DNA from: Candidatus Rokuibacteriota bacterium
GTDB taxonomy: Bacteria > Methylomirabilota > Methylomirabilia > Rokubacteriales > DASRDR01
Length of the DNA: 24,835 nucleotides
Assembly (NCBI GenBank): GCA_044866005.1
Contig: JBIOTN010000182.1
Location: 1-24,835 of the forward strand
Direction of reading: 5' to 3'
Made by a program: the position numbers and the translations under genes. The notes under the pieces are model-generated. The model searched no databases and had not been told where the DNA came from. It saw only the letters and a program-made list of their open reading frames with translations. This document shows positions 1 through 8,817 of the stretch, one piece after another. Position 1 is the first letter of the stretch, and each line of letters starts with the position of its first letter.

Positions 1-420
1 CAGCGCGAGCAGCGCCTGGCGCGCGGTCGCCGCCGCCTGGCGGAGCTGCATCCCGCCGCGCGCGATGCCGTAGCTCCCCGCGGTCGACCCCTGATCCGGC
101 GTGAGCGCGGTGTCGCCTTCGATCATCACGATCCGCGCGATCGGGACGTCGAGCTCCTCGGCGACGATCTGGCGCATCGCCGCCCGCGCGCCGGTGCCGA
201 TGTCGACCTTGCCGCTGAAGAGCGTCACGGACCCGTCGGCGTGAATCGCCAGGAAGGCGTCGACGGCGTCCGGGGCGAGCGGCTTCCCGAGAAACCGGTC
301 GGCGCCCGGAACCGTCTGGCCCAGGACGGCCCGGCCGCGACCGTGCCCGAGCGCCACGCCGACCACGAGCGCCCCGCCGGCCTTGAGGAAGCCCCGGCGC
401 GAGAGCCGCCCGCGCGCCAT
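1..420 (-). CDS. Xanthine dehydrogenase/isoquinoline 1-oxidoreductase family molybdopterin-binding subunit, Tat-exported (5' part; runs off window start)
   Basis: Not in the ORF track. Manual translation from ATG at 420 gives MARGRLSRRGFLKAGGALVVG... (twin-arginine SRRGFLK), then FLAIHADGSVTLFSGKVDIGTGARAAMRQIVAEELDVP and GDTALTPDQGSTAGS, typical Moco-binding motifs. It directly follows a 2Fe-2S subunit. Confidence 0.9.
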   Translation of the reverse strand, partial: MARGRLSRRGFLKAGGALVVGVALGHGRGRAVLGQTVPGADRFLGKPLAPDAVDAFLAIHADGSVTLFSGKVDIGTGARAAMRQIVAEELDVPIARIVMIEGDTALTPDQGSTAGSYGIARGGMQLRQAAATARQALLAL

Positions 421-421
421 C

Positions 422-898
422 TCAGCCTCCGGCCGCGATCGCCGTCGCGGCACGCAGGACCGCGCGGATCACCCGGGCGTGGCTGCCGCAGCGACAGAGG
501 TTGCCCGCCAGCGCCTGGCGGACCTCCTGCTCGCTCGGCCGCGCCGTGTGCGCCAGGAACGCGCGGGCGGTCACCACCATCCCGGCCGTGCAGTAGCCGC
601 ACTGAGCGGCCTGCTCGGCGATGAACGCCGCCTGCACGGGGTCCGGGCGCTCCGGCGAGCCGAGCCCCTCGACGGTCGTGACGTCGCGGCCGTCCACCGT
701 GCGAGCCGGCGTGATGCAGGAACGGACCGCCCGGCCATCCACCATGACCGTGCAGGCGCCGCACTGGGCGAGGCCGCAGCCGAATTTCGCCCCGGTCAGG
801 TCGAGGTCGTTCCGCAGGACGTAGAGGAGGGGCGCGTCGCCGTCGTCGATCTCGACGACGCGGGCCGCGCCGTTGATGCGCAGGGACAGCCTGGTCAT
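422..898 (-). CDS. (2Fe-2S)-binding small subunit, CoxS/IorA type
   Basis: GAKFGCGLAQCGACTV...SC and QCGYCTAG...NLCRCG two-cluster signatures. Start chosen at ATG 898 (MTRLSLRING) because GGAGG lies upstream. Confidence 0.95.
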   Translation of the reverse strand: MTRLSLRINGAARVVEIDDGDAPLLYVLRNDLDLTGAKFGCGLAQCGACTVMVDGRAVRSCITPARTVDGRDVTTVEGLGSPERPDPVQAAFIAEQAAQCGYCTAGMVVTARAFLAHTARPSEQEVRQALAGNLCRCGSHARVIRAVLRAATAIAAGG

Positions 899-1011
899 GC
901 GTACCTCCGGGTGTCCGGCCCGGCCGCTCGAGGCGGCCAAGTGGCGACGGTACTACGCCTGTCGCCCGGCCGCAAGGCGGGCCGCACGGGCCTCCCTGGC
1001 CACGGCCGCCG

Positions 1012-1533
1012 TCATCCGCGGAGCGTCGCGCCGATCACGCCCGCCAGCGCGGACCCCAGGATGACCCACACCGAATCCACGCGCGTGAACGCGAACAGGA
1101 TGCCGCTCGCCGCGGCGATCGCCAGCAGGAAGCCGTCGGTGAGAGCGCCTCGCGCGAGGGGAAGCGTGGCGGCCAGGAGCAGGCCGGCGCTCGCCGTGGT
1201 CGAGGCCCGGATCGCCGCCCTCAGGCGCGGCTGCTCGGCGCGCGCCCCCACGAGCTGGACCAGGGGGATCACGAGAAAGGCCGGCGTCACCATGGCCAGC
1301 CACCCCGCGCAGGCGCCCGGCAGCCCGGCGACCAGATAGCCCACGCTCACGACGTAGAGGCCGTTGGGCCCCGGCCCGGCGCGGCCGGCGGTGACGGCGA
1401 CGTTGAGCTGGTGATCCGTCAGCACCCCGTGACGCACCACCAGGTCCTGGCGTAGCACGGGAAGCGAGCTGAGTCCGCTGAACGACGTCGCCGTCGCCTT
1501 CAGGAGCAGGAGGTAGAGCAGGAACACGTTCAC
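1012..1533 (-). CDS. Short-chain chromate transporter (CHR family), second subunit
   Basis: MNVFLLYLLLLKATATSFSGLSSLPVLRQDLVVRHGVLT...GRAGPGPNG resembles the CHR domain. The GTG start at 1533 overlaps the upstream gene's TGA (GTGA). Confidence 0.85.
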   Translation of the reverse strand: MNVFLLYLLLLKATATSFSGLSSLPVLRQDLVVRHGVLTDHQLNVAVTAGRAGPGPNGLYVVSVGYLVAGLPGACAGWLAMVTPAFLVIPLVQLVGARAEQPRLRAAIRASTTASAGLLLAATLPLARGALTDGFLLAIAAASGILFAFTRVDSVWVILGSALAGVIGATLRG

Positions 1534-2096
1534 GTCCGCTCCGAGCCCCGCCAGGCAAAGCCGATCAGCGCCGTGGCGGCGAGCACGGAGATCGGGGAGA
1601 TCGACCATTTCCAGAGGGCGAGGAACGCACCCAGGAAGATCAGGCCGGTGCGCGCGCGCGTGCCCGGCCGGAGCTCGGGCTTCACGAGCAACCACGCCGC
1701 GGCCCACATCATCCCGACGGCCGCGGCGAGGACCGCGGCCAGCGTGGCGAGAGCCACGCGACTCGCCGTGAGCGACGTGAAGGCGCCGGTCAGCGCGACC
1801 ACCACCACGGCCGATGGTCCGGACACGGCGAGCACCGCGGCCACGGCGCCGGCCCCCCGGCGCACCAGCCACGCCGCAGCCGCGGAGAAGGCGAGGATGC
1901 CCGTGCCGGGCGTCACGCGGGCCAGGCTCTGGGCCAGCCCGTACTGCTGGAGGGTGAGCCATCCCAGCCGGTGGACGAGCTCGCGCTGCAGGACGGCGGT
2001 GATGGCATCCCCGCCGCCGAAGGTCAGGTTCCCGACGCGCAGGAACAACCAGGCGAGCGCGCCTGCCGTCGCCCCGTCCGCGGCTCGCGCGGTCAC
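1530..2096 (-). CDS. Short-chain chromate transporter (CHR family), first subunit
   Basis: FLRVGNLTFGGGDAITAVLQRELVHRLGWLT...ARVTPG matches the CHR FGGG and (T/L)PG motifs. Hydrophobic protein. Confidence 0.88.
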   Translation of the reverse strand: MTARAADGATAGALAWLFLRVGNLTFGGGDAITAVLQRELVHRLGWLTLQQYGLAQSLARVTPGTGILAFSAAAAWLVRRGAGAVAAVLAVSGPSAVVVVALTGAFTSLTASRVALATLAAVLAAAVGMMWAAAWLLVKPELRPGTRARTGLIFLGAFLALWKWSISPISVLAATALIGFAWRGSERT

Positions 2097-2275
2097 GCCG
2101 CCGTCGGCTTCGCCGCGGGCGATGGCACCCCCCGCCGGGTCGGGCGTGGGGGAGACGCGAGCGGCCTACCCGAGGGCGTCCGCACCTGCCCGGGCGATCT
2201 GGCCGTCCTCCGCCGCAGGCCCGTGGGTCGAGGGTGAGACGCCCCGCCCATTCCCCGGCGACACTGCGGCTCGCG

Positions 2276-3436
2276 CTACTTGTCGGCCGTGCGGACGGCG
2301 GCCGAGCCGCCCTTCACCCTGATCCGCTGGCCGGTGTCCCTGAGGGTCGTGCCGTCCCAGGAGAACACCCACAGGTCCTTCTCCACCATGTTGCCGACGA
2401 GGAGCGTCTTGCCGTCGGATGAGAAGGCGACGCCCTGGGACCAGTGGCCGATCGGCGCCTCGGCGACCCTGGCCAGCGAGGTGCCGCTCACGCGGAAGAG
2501 GACGAGCTTCCCGTTGTCGTTGAAGAACGGCGACTGCCGCGGCTTGTTGCTGCCGTTCATGACCACCACCGCGACGACCGAGCCGTCCGGCGAGAGCTTG
2601 ATGCCCTCGGGCGTCTGCCCGACGGTCACGGTCTCGACGACCCGGGGCGGCCTGGCCCGGAGGTCGATCAGGCTGATCGTGTCGTGGTCACCGCCGCCTC
2701 GGCCGATGTTCGCGACGACGGCCACGGCACCCGAGGCCGCGATGTCCAGACCGTAGGGCCGCAGCCCGGCCGACATGTCGCGCTTGGTGTACGCGACCGT
2801 GCTGCCCTCGATGGAGAGCACCGAGATCCGGTCGTCACCGTCGCGCGTGACCAGGGCCATCGTGCCGTCGGGCGTGATGGCCGCGTGGCTCACGCCGGCC
2901 TTGTCGTCCGCGATCGCGACCTTGCCGGCCGGCGTGACGGTCTTGCCCTGGATCGTGTAGACCGACACCGTGCCCTCGGCGCGGTTGGCGACGAGCGCGA
3001 GGGTGCCCCGGCGGTTGATGGAGACCCCGGACGGTCCCTTGCCCGACTCGAGCGTCGCGAGGATCTTGGGCGGGCTGGCCTTGAGATCGAGCACCGTCAG
3101 CCGGCTGTCGGGCGCCTGCTTGGTGGGGTCGGCCGGGTCGACCCGCATCGCCGCCGTCACCAGCGCCAGGCTGTCGTCCGGGGTGATCGCCACGCTGAAG
3201 GGCGGCCCCACGACGCTGGCCGGCACGTCGACCTCCGCCACGAGGCGCGGCGGCGACGCCGCGAGGTCGATGATGGCGGCCGTGTCCGGGGGCGGGTTCG
3301 GCACCACCTTCACCACGCCGTTGTCGAGCACCGCTTTGCTGTCGTTGGCCGATACCGCGATCTGCGCCTCGGCCATCGCGTGGAGCGGCAGGACGGCCAG
3401 CACCAGGGCGAAGGGGATCAGGCGACGGCGCTTCAT
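2276..3436 (-). CDS. Secreted YVTN/YncE-like beta-propeller protein
   Basis: Signal peptide MKRRRLIPFALVLAVLPLHAMAEA after an AAGGAGG RBS. Repeated blades (PFSVAITPDDSLALV, PSGVSINRRGTLALVAN, HAAITPDGTMALV, PEGIKLSPDGSVVAV, SQGVAFSSDGKTLLV). The track's longer start at 4240 overlaps the sulfatase. Confidence 0.85.
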   Translation of the reverse strand: MKRRRLIPFALVLAVLPLHAMAEAQIAVSANDSKAVLDNGVVKVVPNPPPDTAAIIDLAASPPRLVAEVDVPASVVGPPFSVAITPDDSLALVTAAMRVDPADPTKQAPDSRLTVLDLKASPPKILATLESGKGPSGVSINRRGTLALVANRAEGTVSVYTIQGKTVTPAGKVAIADDKAGVSHAAITPDGTMALVTRDGDDRISVLSIEGSTVAYTKRDMSAGLRPYGLDIAASGAVAVVANIGRGGGDHDTISLIDLRARPPRVVETVTVGQTPEGIKLSPDGSVVAVVVMNGSNKPRQSPFFNDNGKLVLFRVSGTSLARVAEAPIGHWSQGVAFSSDGKTLLVGNMVEKDLWVFSWDGTTLRDTGQRIRVKGGSAAVRTADK

Positions 3437-3519
3437 GGCGGCCTCCTTTGGTGACGGGTGCCTGGTCAGGATAGGCCATCCGGGGAGGCTGCGCCAGAGC
3501 GTCCCGGACGGCGGCGGGG

Positions 3520-4923
3520 CTAGCCCTCGCTCACCCGGGGGAGCATCGCGCTCAGCTGGCGCTTGAGGTCTCCGTAGGCCAGCCGGTCGGCGAGGTTGCG
3601 CCACTCGTGCGGGTCGTGGTCGTGATCGTAGAGCTCCTCGCCGCCGTCCCGGTACCGCGTGTAGCGCCAGCGTTCCGTCCGGACGCTGTGGGCATGGGCC
3701 GTCCTGGACGAGATCGCGGGCCGGTGCCACCGCGCGCCGGGATGCCGGAGGAGAGGCCCCAGGCTCACGCCCTCCAGGGTGGGGTTCCGCGGCAGGCCGC
3801 ACAACTCGAGCAGCGTGGGGTAGAGGTCGAGCAGCTCGACCGTGCGCCAGGAGGGCTCGCCGGCCGTGACGCCGGGCCCGGCGACGATCAAGGGCACCCG
3901 GCAGGACGGCTCCCACAGCGTATCCTTGCGGAAGTGCCGCTTCTCGCCGAGCTGAAAGCCGTTGTCGCTCCACAGCGCGACGACGGTATTCGAGGCGTAC
4001 GGGCTGGCGTCCAGCGCGCCGAGCAGGCGGCCGACGTTGGCGTCGGTGTAGGCTACGCAGGCGAGGTAGGCGCCCACCGCCTGGGGCCAGGCGCGGCGCG
4101 CGAGCACGCGGTCGTAGTCGTGCATGCCCTTCCGCAGGACGGCCGACTTCGGCACGTCCTCGAGGTCCCCCTCCAGCACCGCCGGCAGGCGGACCGTCTC
4201 GGGCGGGAACATGTCGAAATACTTCCTCGGCACGAACCACGGCATGTGCGGGCGCTGGAGGCCCAGCGCGATGAAGAACGGCCGGTCGTGATCGCGCCGG
4301 AGCACGCCGGCCCCCCAGAGCGCGAGCCGGGTATCGGACGTCTCCTCGTCCTCCACGGCGAGCGGACCCCAGTCCAGGCGGCCCTCGCCGGTGTCGGGCC
4401 CGGCCCGACCGGGGTCGGGCCCGGCCTCTTCGTACTCGTGCCAGTCGGCGGCGTGCTCGCGCGGTGGCTGGTGAAAGACCTTGCCGCCCCCCAGCACGCG
4501 ATAGCCGGCCTCCTTGAAGTAGCGCGGCAAGGACACCGCGGCCGGGACCGCTTCACGCCAGTGGATGTCGTTGTGGTAGCCGCCGAACGTGGTCGGGCGG
4601 AGGCCGGAGAGCACGCTGGTGCGCGACGGGTTGCACAGCGGCACCTGGCAGTAGGCCCGCTGGAAGAGGACGCCGCGCCGGGCGAGGCGGTCGAGGTTCG
4701 GCGTCCGCGCTTGCGGGTGCCCGCGCATCGCGCCGACCCAGTCGTTCAGGTCGTCGATGACGACGAAGAGCACGTTCGGCCGATGGGGATCGGGCCGTCG
4801 CCCGGCGGGCTGGCCGGTCGTGGAGGCGACCGGCCCGGCGCCGCCCAGCGCGAGCGCCGCGCCCAGCGCGGTCCCGCGGAGCCACTCCCGGCGGGAGATC
4901 CCGAGCCGATCGCGATCGGGCAC
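3520..4923 (-). CDS. Sulfatase (formylglycine type; iduronate-2-sulfatase/choline-sulfatase-like) with Tat signal
   Basis: RPNVLFVVIDDLND, CNPSR (CxPxR) motif, GKVFH, RPHMP and WSDNG...K. N-terminal ISRREWLRG twin-arginine signal. GTG start at 4923. Confidence 0.92.
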   Translation of the reverse strand: MPDRDRLGISRREWLRGTALGAALALGGAGPVASTTGQPAGRRPDPHRPNVLFVVIDDLNDWVGAMRGHPQARTPNLDRLARRGVLFQRAYCQVPLCNPSRTSVLSGLRPTTFGGYHNDIHWREAVPAAVSLPRYFKEAGYRVLGGGKVFHQPPREHAADWHEYEEAGPDPGRAGPDTGEGRLDWGPLAVEDEETSDTRLALWGAGVLRRDHDRPFFIALGLQRPHMPWFVPRKYFDMFPPETVRLPAVLEGDLEDVPKSAVLRKGMHDYDRVLARRAWPQAVGAYLACVAYTDANVGRLLGALDASPYASNTVVALWSDNGFQLGEKRHFRKDTLWEPSCRVPLIVAGPGVTAGEPSWRTVELLDLYPTLLELCGLPRNPTLEGVSLGPLLRHPGARWHRPAISSRTAHAHSVRTERWRYTRYRDGGEELYDHDHDPHEWRNLADRLAYGDLKRQLSAMLPRVSEG

Positions 4924-4955
4924 GCAGTCCAGGCTACCTCCCGCGCCGGGCGGGG

Positions 4956-5954
4956 TCAAGGAACGGGGCGGGCCGGCGGCGCGGCTCGCCGCGCCACGAG
5001 GCCGCGCGTGACGAGCCAGTCGGCCACCCGGTCCGACAGCTCGCCCAGCAGTTCGGCCTCCGAGGGCCGGATGTGCTCGCCCGCGTGCCACTGGAGCTCC
5101 TTCGGTGGGCGGGCGGCGTCGTAGAGCGTCATGACGCTGTCGCGCGGCACGAGGCGGTCGTCCGTGCCGTTGATCATCAGCAAGGGCCGGGGCGCGATGC
5201 CGCCGACGTACCGCGCCGGTTCGAGCGGCACGAGCAGCCAGGCGAGCGCGTGGCCCGCGAGCCCTGCGATCCAGCGCGGGTACCGGCCGGATCGGACGTC
5301 GGGCTCGAGGGTCGCCGCGACGAGTCGGCTCACGGGGGCGCCCCCGTACAGCGCGACGACCGCCGCCGGCCGCGGGTCGATTCCGCCGGCCACGGTCACC
5401 ACTTCGGCTCCGAGGCTCCCGCCCACGAGAAACAGCCGCTGTCGCTCGATATCCGGCCGCGACTCCAGGTAATCGAGGAGCAGGAGGACCTCGGCCACCG
5501 TGTCGAAGGCGGCGGACCGGAGCGACACGGCCCGGCCGACGAGGCGCATCGCCGGCGACGCGTGACGCCGGGAGGGAAGCGGGTAGTCCGGGGAGACGAG
5601 GACTGCCCGGCGCGCGATCGCGTCGAGGCCGTCGGCCAGGACGATCCGCCGACCGCGCTTGAGCCCGCCCAAGAGGACCGTTCCCGCGTACGGCGGCCTG
5701 GTCTCCCGCGGCACGCGGAGGAGCGCGTGGACGTCGAGGCCCGTCGAGCTTCGGAGCCTGAGCTCCCACCGGAGCGACACCGCGTCCTCGCCGGCTGGCC
5801 GCAGCGCGGCCGCGACGAGGTGCCCCTTGCGCTGAAGGAGCGCCCGAGGGTCCCCCTGGGCACGGGCCACCAGCACGGCCATCGCGAGCGCCGCCGCGAT
5901 CCCGAGGAGAGCACCGACGAGGAGCCTCAGGCGACGGCGAGCCGGCATCGGCAC
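4956..5954 (-). CDS. Alpha/beta hydrolase (esterase-like) with N-terminal membrane anchor or signal
   Basis: Nucleophile elbow GGSLG, Asp in INGTDDRLVP and His in AGEH. LDYLESRPDIE precedes the elbow. Hydrophobic N-terminus. Confidence 0.85.
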   Translation of the reverse strand: MPMPARRRLRLLVGALLGIAAALAMAVLVARAQGDPRALLQRKGHLVAAALRPAGEDAVSLRWELRLRSSTGLDVHALLRVPRETRPPYAGTVLLGGLKRGRRIVLADGLDAIARRAVLVSPDYPLPSRRHASPAMRLVGRAVSLRSAAFDTVAEVLLLLDYLESRPDIERQRLFLVGGSLGAEVVTVAGGIDPRPAAVVALYGGAPVSRLVAATLEPDVRSGRYPRWIAGLAGHALAWLLVPLEPARYVGGIAPRPLLMINGTDDRLVPRDSVMTLYDAARPPKELQWHAGEHIRPSEAELLGELSDRVADWLVTRGLVARRAAPPARPVP

Positions 5955-5995
5955 GTCCGGAGCGAGCCGCGCGGCGAGGTCGGGGCGCAGCCGGC

Positions 5996-6235
5996 TCAGC
6001 CGCCCGCAAGCGGCGGGATGATGCTGAGCACGTCCCCGGCCCGGAGGGCGTGGTCCGCGGCCACGTCCCGCCCGTTCACGAGCAGCAGCCGCGGCAGGTC
6101 CGCGGGGATGGCGAGCCGGCGCAGGGCGTCGTCGACCGTCGCGCCGTCCGGGAGGTCGAGCGCCGTCCCGCCGGCGCCCCCGTCGGGCGGCCGGTAATCG
6201 GCGAGATTGGCGAAGAGACGCACCTCGATCTTCAC
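5996..6235 (-). CDS. MoaD/ThiS family sulfur-carrier protein
   Basis: 79 aa, MKIEVRLFA...LVNG...GDVLSIIPPLAGG with C-terminal di-glycine. Confidence 0.92.
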   Translation of the reverse strand: MKIEVRLFANLADYRPPDGGAGGTALDLPDGATVDDALRRLAIPADLPRLLLVNGRDVAADHALRAGDVLSIIPPLAGG

Positions 6236-6300
6236 GAGCCTCGACGCCGATGGCCGGTCGGCGACGCGCGGGCGAGCGGAGGCCGGTCTGGCGGCGCGGA

Positions 6301-7710
6301 CTAGGGCGTGCGGCTCTTCAGCCGGTCACCGTCCCGCGCCGCGATGCGCTGGGGCACCGGCACCGTCGCCAGCCGCGGGGCGGGGGCGCTCATCGCCGCG
6401 GCGACGCGCGGCCGCGGCGCCACGACCTTGTTCGAGACCGGGACGAGGAGGTCTGTCACGCCCCGCAGGCGACCACCCCGGAGCTGGTTGATCTCGGACA
6501 GCCGCTGCGGCGTCGTGCGGTAGAGACGCGCGATCTCCGCGAGCGTCTGGTTGCGGGCGATCCGGTGAAGCCCCCAGGCGATGAGGGTAACGGGGGGGTT
6601 CTGGAGCGCCGACTCGAGCCGCGCGCCGGCGCCGAGCGGGAGGCGGAGGACGTAGCCGCCGACGGGCGGGGTGACTCCCCCCCGCAGCGCGGGGTTCAGC
6701 TCGCGCACCTGCTCCACCCCCACTTCCGCGAGCGTGGCCACGCTCTCGAAGTCCAGGGCCCGCTTGACGGTCACCTCGTCGTAGGCGAGCGGCGAGTCCA
6801 GCGTGACGTCGAACCCGTATCGGCCGGGGGCCCGGGTGATGACGGTTGCCGCGAGGATCTGGGGCACGAACCGCTTCGTCTCGTCGGGCAGGTGTCGCGT
6901 CCGGGTCAGGGCCCAGAAGTCGCTCGTCTTGGCACGCTGGATGGCGCGGCCTACCCGCGCCTCCCCGGCGTTGTACGCCGCCTGCGCCAGGAACCAGTGG
7001 CCGAACATCCCGTAGAGGTCGCCCAGGTACTGCGCGGCCGCGATCGTGGACTTCACGGGATCCAGACGCTCGTCGACCCAGCGGTTGACGACCAGGCCAT
7101 AGCGGCGGGCGGTCGCCTCCATGAACTGCCAGAGCCCCTTGGCTCCCACGCGGGAGACCGCGACGGGCGAGAACCCGGACTCGATCATCGCCGTGTAGGC
7201 GAGCTCCTCGGGCAGGCCACGCTCACGGAAGACCCGCTGGATCATCCCGAGGTACCGGCCGGAGCGGGCCAGCCAGAGCCCGAAGCGCTCGCGCTCGCGC
7301 GCGGTGAAGTGGTCGATCAGCGCCTCGACCGAGCGGTTGATCATGATCGGGTAGGAAGGCACCGGAATCCCCGGCGGCAGGCTCAAGGTCACCTCCGCCC
7401 GGGGGTCCTGGAAGATAGGGTCGTCGAAGGTCAGCGGACCGGCGGGGCCGGGATCCTGGGCCGCCGCGCCGGTGCCGGTCGCGGGGTCGGCCTCCGCTTC
7501 CGAGGGGGACTCGAGGAGCACGCCGGCGGGAAGCGGCGGCGGCTCCGGGGGCTGGGGGATGGCGACGAGCTGACGGCTATCGGAGGCGGGAAGCGCCAGG
7601 CTGAGCGGCTCGCCTCCCCACGCGGACGCCAAGCCGGGCGCCAGGAGCGCCGTCGCGAGGGCAACACCACACTGCCCCCTGAGGAGACACCACCACGCTC
7701 GGATCCTCAT
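6301..7710 (-). CDS. MltD-like lytic murein transglycosylase with LysM domain(s)
   Basis: SLT motifs AMIESGF, AKGLWQF, AYNAG and ETKRFV. C-terminal LysM-like HRIARNQTLAEIARLYRTTPQRLSEINQL. N-terminal signal. Start is uncertain (ATG 7710 chosen). Confidence 0.92.
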   Translation of the reverse strand: MRIRAWWCLLRGQCGVALATALLAPGLASAWGGEPLSLALPASDSRQLVAIPQPPEPPPLPAGVLLESPSEAEADPATGTGAAAQDPGPAGPLTFDDPIFQDPRAEVTLSLPPGIPVPSYPIMINRSVEALIDHFTARERERFGLWLARSGRYLGMIQRVFRERGLPEELAYTAMIESGFSPVAVSRVGAKGLWQFMEATARRYGLVVNRWVDERLDPVKSTIAAAQYLGDLYGMFGHWFLAQAAYNAGEARVGRAIQRAKTSDFWALTRTRHLPDETKRFVPQILAATVITRAPGRYGFDVTLDSPLAYDEVTVKRALDFESVATLAEVGVEQVRELNPALRGGVTPPVGGYVLRLPLGAGARLESALQNPPVTLIAWGLHRIARNQTLAEIARLYRTTPQRLSEINQLRGGRLRGVTDLLVPVSNKVVAPRPRVAAAMSAPAPRLATVPVPQRIAARDGDRLKSRTP

Positions 7711-7745
7711 GTTGTCGAGTGGAAGTGGATGAAGCGTCCAATTCC

Positions 7746-7775
7746 CTTGTAGCACGGTCGGAAGACGGGTGTCAA
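7746..7775 (-). promoter_or_regulatory. Putative sigma70 promoter for the lytic transglycosylase gene
   Basis: Minus strand TTGACA-N18-TACAAG, with TG in the extended -10 position, about 35 nt upstream of the ATG at 7710. Confidence 0.5.
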
Positions 7776-7848
7776 CGTGGAAAACCGGCGCGCGCCCCGC
7801 CCAGCGTGTTCCCCCTAAGGCCTCGCCATTACTGGATAATCCCCCCCA

Positions 7849-7909
7849 GCCTCGCCCCGGGCGTCGTTCCGCCGGCCTCGCCCCGGGCGTCGTTCCGCCG
7901 GCCTCGCCC
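7849..7909. repeat. 26-bp tandem repeat, about 2.3 copies
   Basis: GCCTCGCCCCGGGCGTCGTTCCGCCG occurs identically at 7849-7874 and 7875-7900, then partial GCCTCGCCC at 7901-7909. Confidence 0.9.
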
Positions 7910-7932
7910 GGCGCAGGCCATCCCCCGCCCGA

Positions 7933-8817
7933 TCACCGGCCCGGACTCGAGCGGAGGGGGCCGGCCAGCCAGCGCGCGCGGTCGGTCAGGGTGAGGGCGA
8001 CACGTTCACTCGCGCCCACCCGGACGCGCGTCACCCACACGTCGACGTCTTTGGCGGGCGACGGGCTCGGCCGGGCCAGAAACGTCGGGCCGCCGCGGGA
8101 CCGCCGGCTTGGCTCCGAACGGCTGCGGTCGGCGGGCGCGGTGTAGGGCGTGGCCTGGATCGCCACCACCAGCCAGTCCCCCGACGGGAGGTCGTCGAAC
8201 GCGAAGAGCCCGGCGGGGTCGGTGACCCGGCGCCGAACGAGGCCGTCGTCAGCGGGCGGGGCCGGCGCAGCGGGCTCCGGCTTCGGCTCCGCCGCCGAGC
8301 CCGGCGGGGCTGTGCGCGCCGGGTCTCCTGCGCCCGAGGCGTGGCCCTTGGCGGCCTCCGGGCGGGCGCCCGGGCCGGTGCCCGCGGAGCGTCCGCTGGC
8401 CGTCGCTGCCGGCTGGGCGCTCGGCGCCGCCTCGATCGCCGGGGCGCTCCCTCGACTCGTTGCGTCAACCTGGATCCGGTACCCTCGAAGCAGCTCCTGG
8501 AGGCGCTCGACGGCACTCTCGTACCGGCTCCAGGAATCGCGGGCGCTCTGCCGGATCCGCTCGAGCTCGGCGGCGATGCCGGGCGTGTACGGGTAGACCG
8601 TCACCTCGACCCCGACCACGGGGGTCCACGGGCCGTCCGGCGACTCCTCCTCGACGGTGAGTCGCCCCCAGAGGAGCCCGGGCGGACCGAGGCCCTGGAG
8701 CGCCAGGGGAAGCTCCCGCGATGGCTCCTCGGCACTCGGGGCGGGCGGGGCGAGGAGCAGCCCGAGCGTCAGGACGAGCCCGGCGAGGAGGAGGCCGGGG
8801 CGCCAGCGCCCGTTCAC
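7933..8817 (-). CDS. Hypothetical exported protein (possible prealbumin/carboxypeptidase-regulatory-like beta-sandwich)
   Basis: Signal-like MNGRWRPGLLLAGLVLTLGLLLAPPAPSA. RVTDPAGLFAFDDLPSGDWLVVA resembles transthyretin-like folds. Ala/Pro-rich linker. The GTG start overlaps the upstream TGA (GTGA). Confidence 0.7.
   Translation of the reverse strand: MNGRWRPGLLLAGLVLTLGLLLAPPAPSAEEPSRELPLALQGLGPPGLLWGRLTVEEESPDGPWTPVVGVEVTVYPYTPGIAAELERIRQSARDSWSRYESAVERLQELLRGYRIQVDATSRGSAPAIEAAPSAQPAATASGRSAGTGPGARPEAAKGHASGAGDPARTAPPGSAAEPKPEPAAPAPPADDGLVRRRVTDPAGLFAFDDLPSGDWLVVAIQATPYTAPADRSRSEPSRRSRGGPTFLARPSPSPAKDVDVWVTRVRVGASERVALTLTDRARWLAGPLRSSPGR

Noticed and set aside
2097..2275. Possible Moco or other riboswitch upstream of the CHR/molybdoenzyme genes
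   Set aside because: No recognisable conserved aptamer motif by eye, only generic GC-rich pairing. An Rfam scan would be needed.
7849..7909. Possible CRISPR array
   Set aside because: The repeats are directly contiguous with no spacers, and there are no cas genes.
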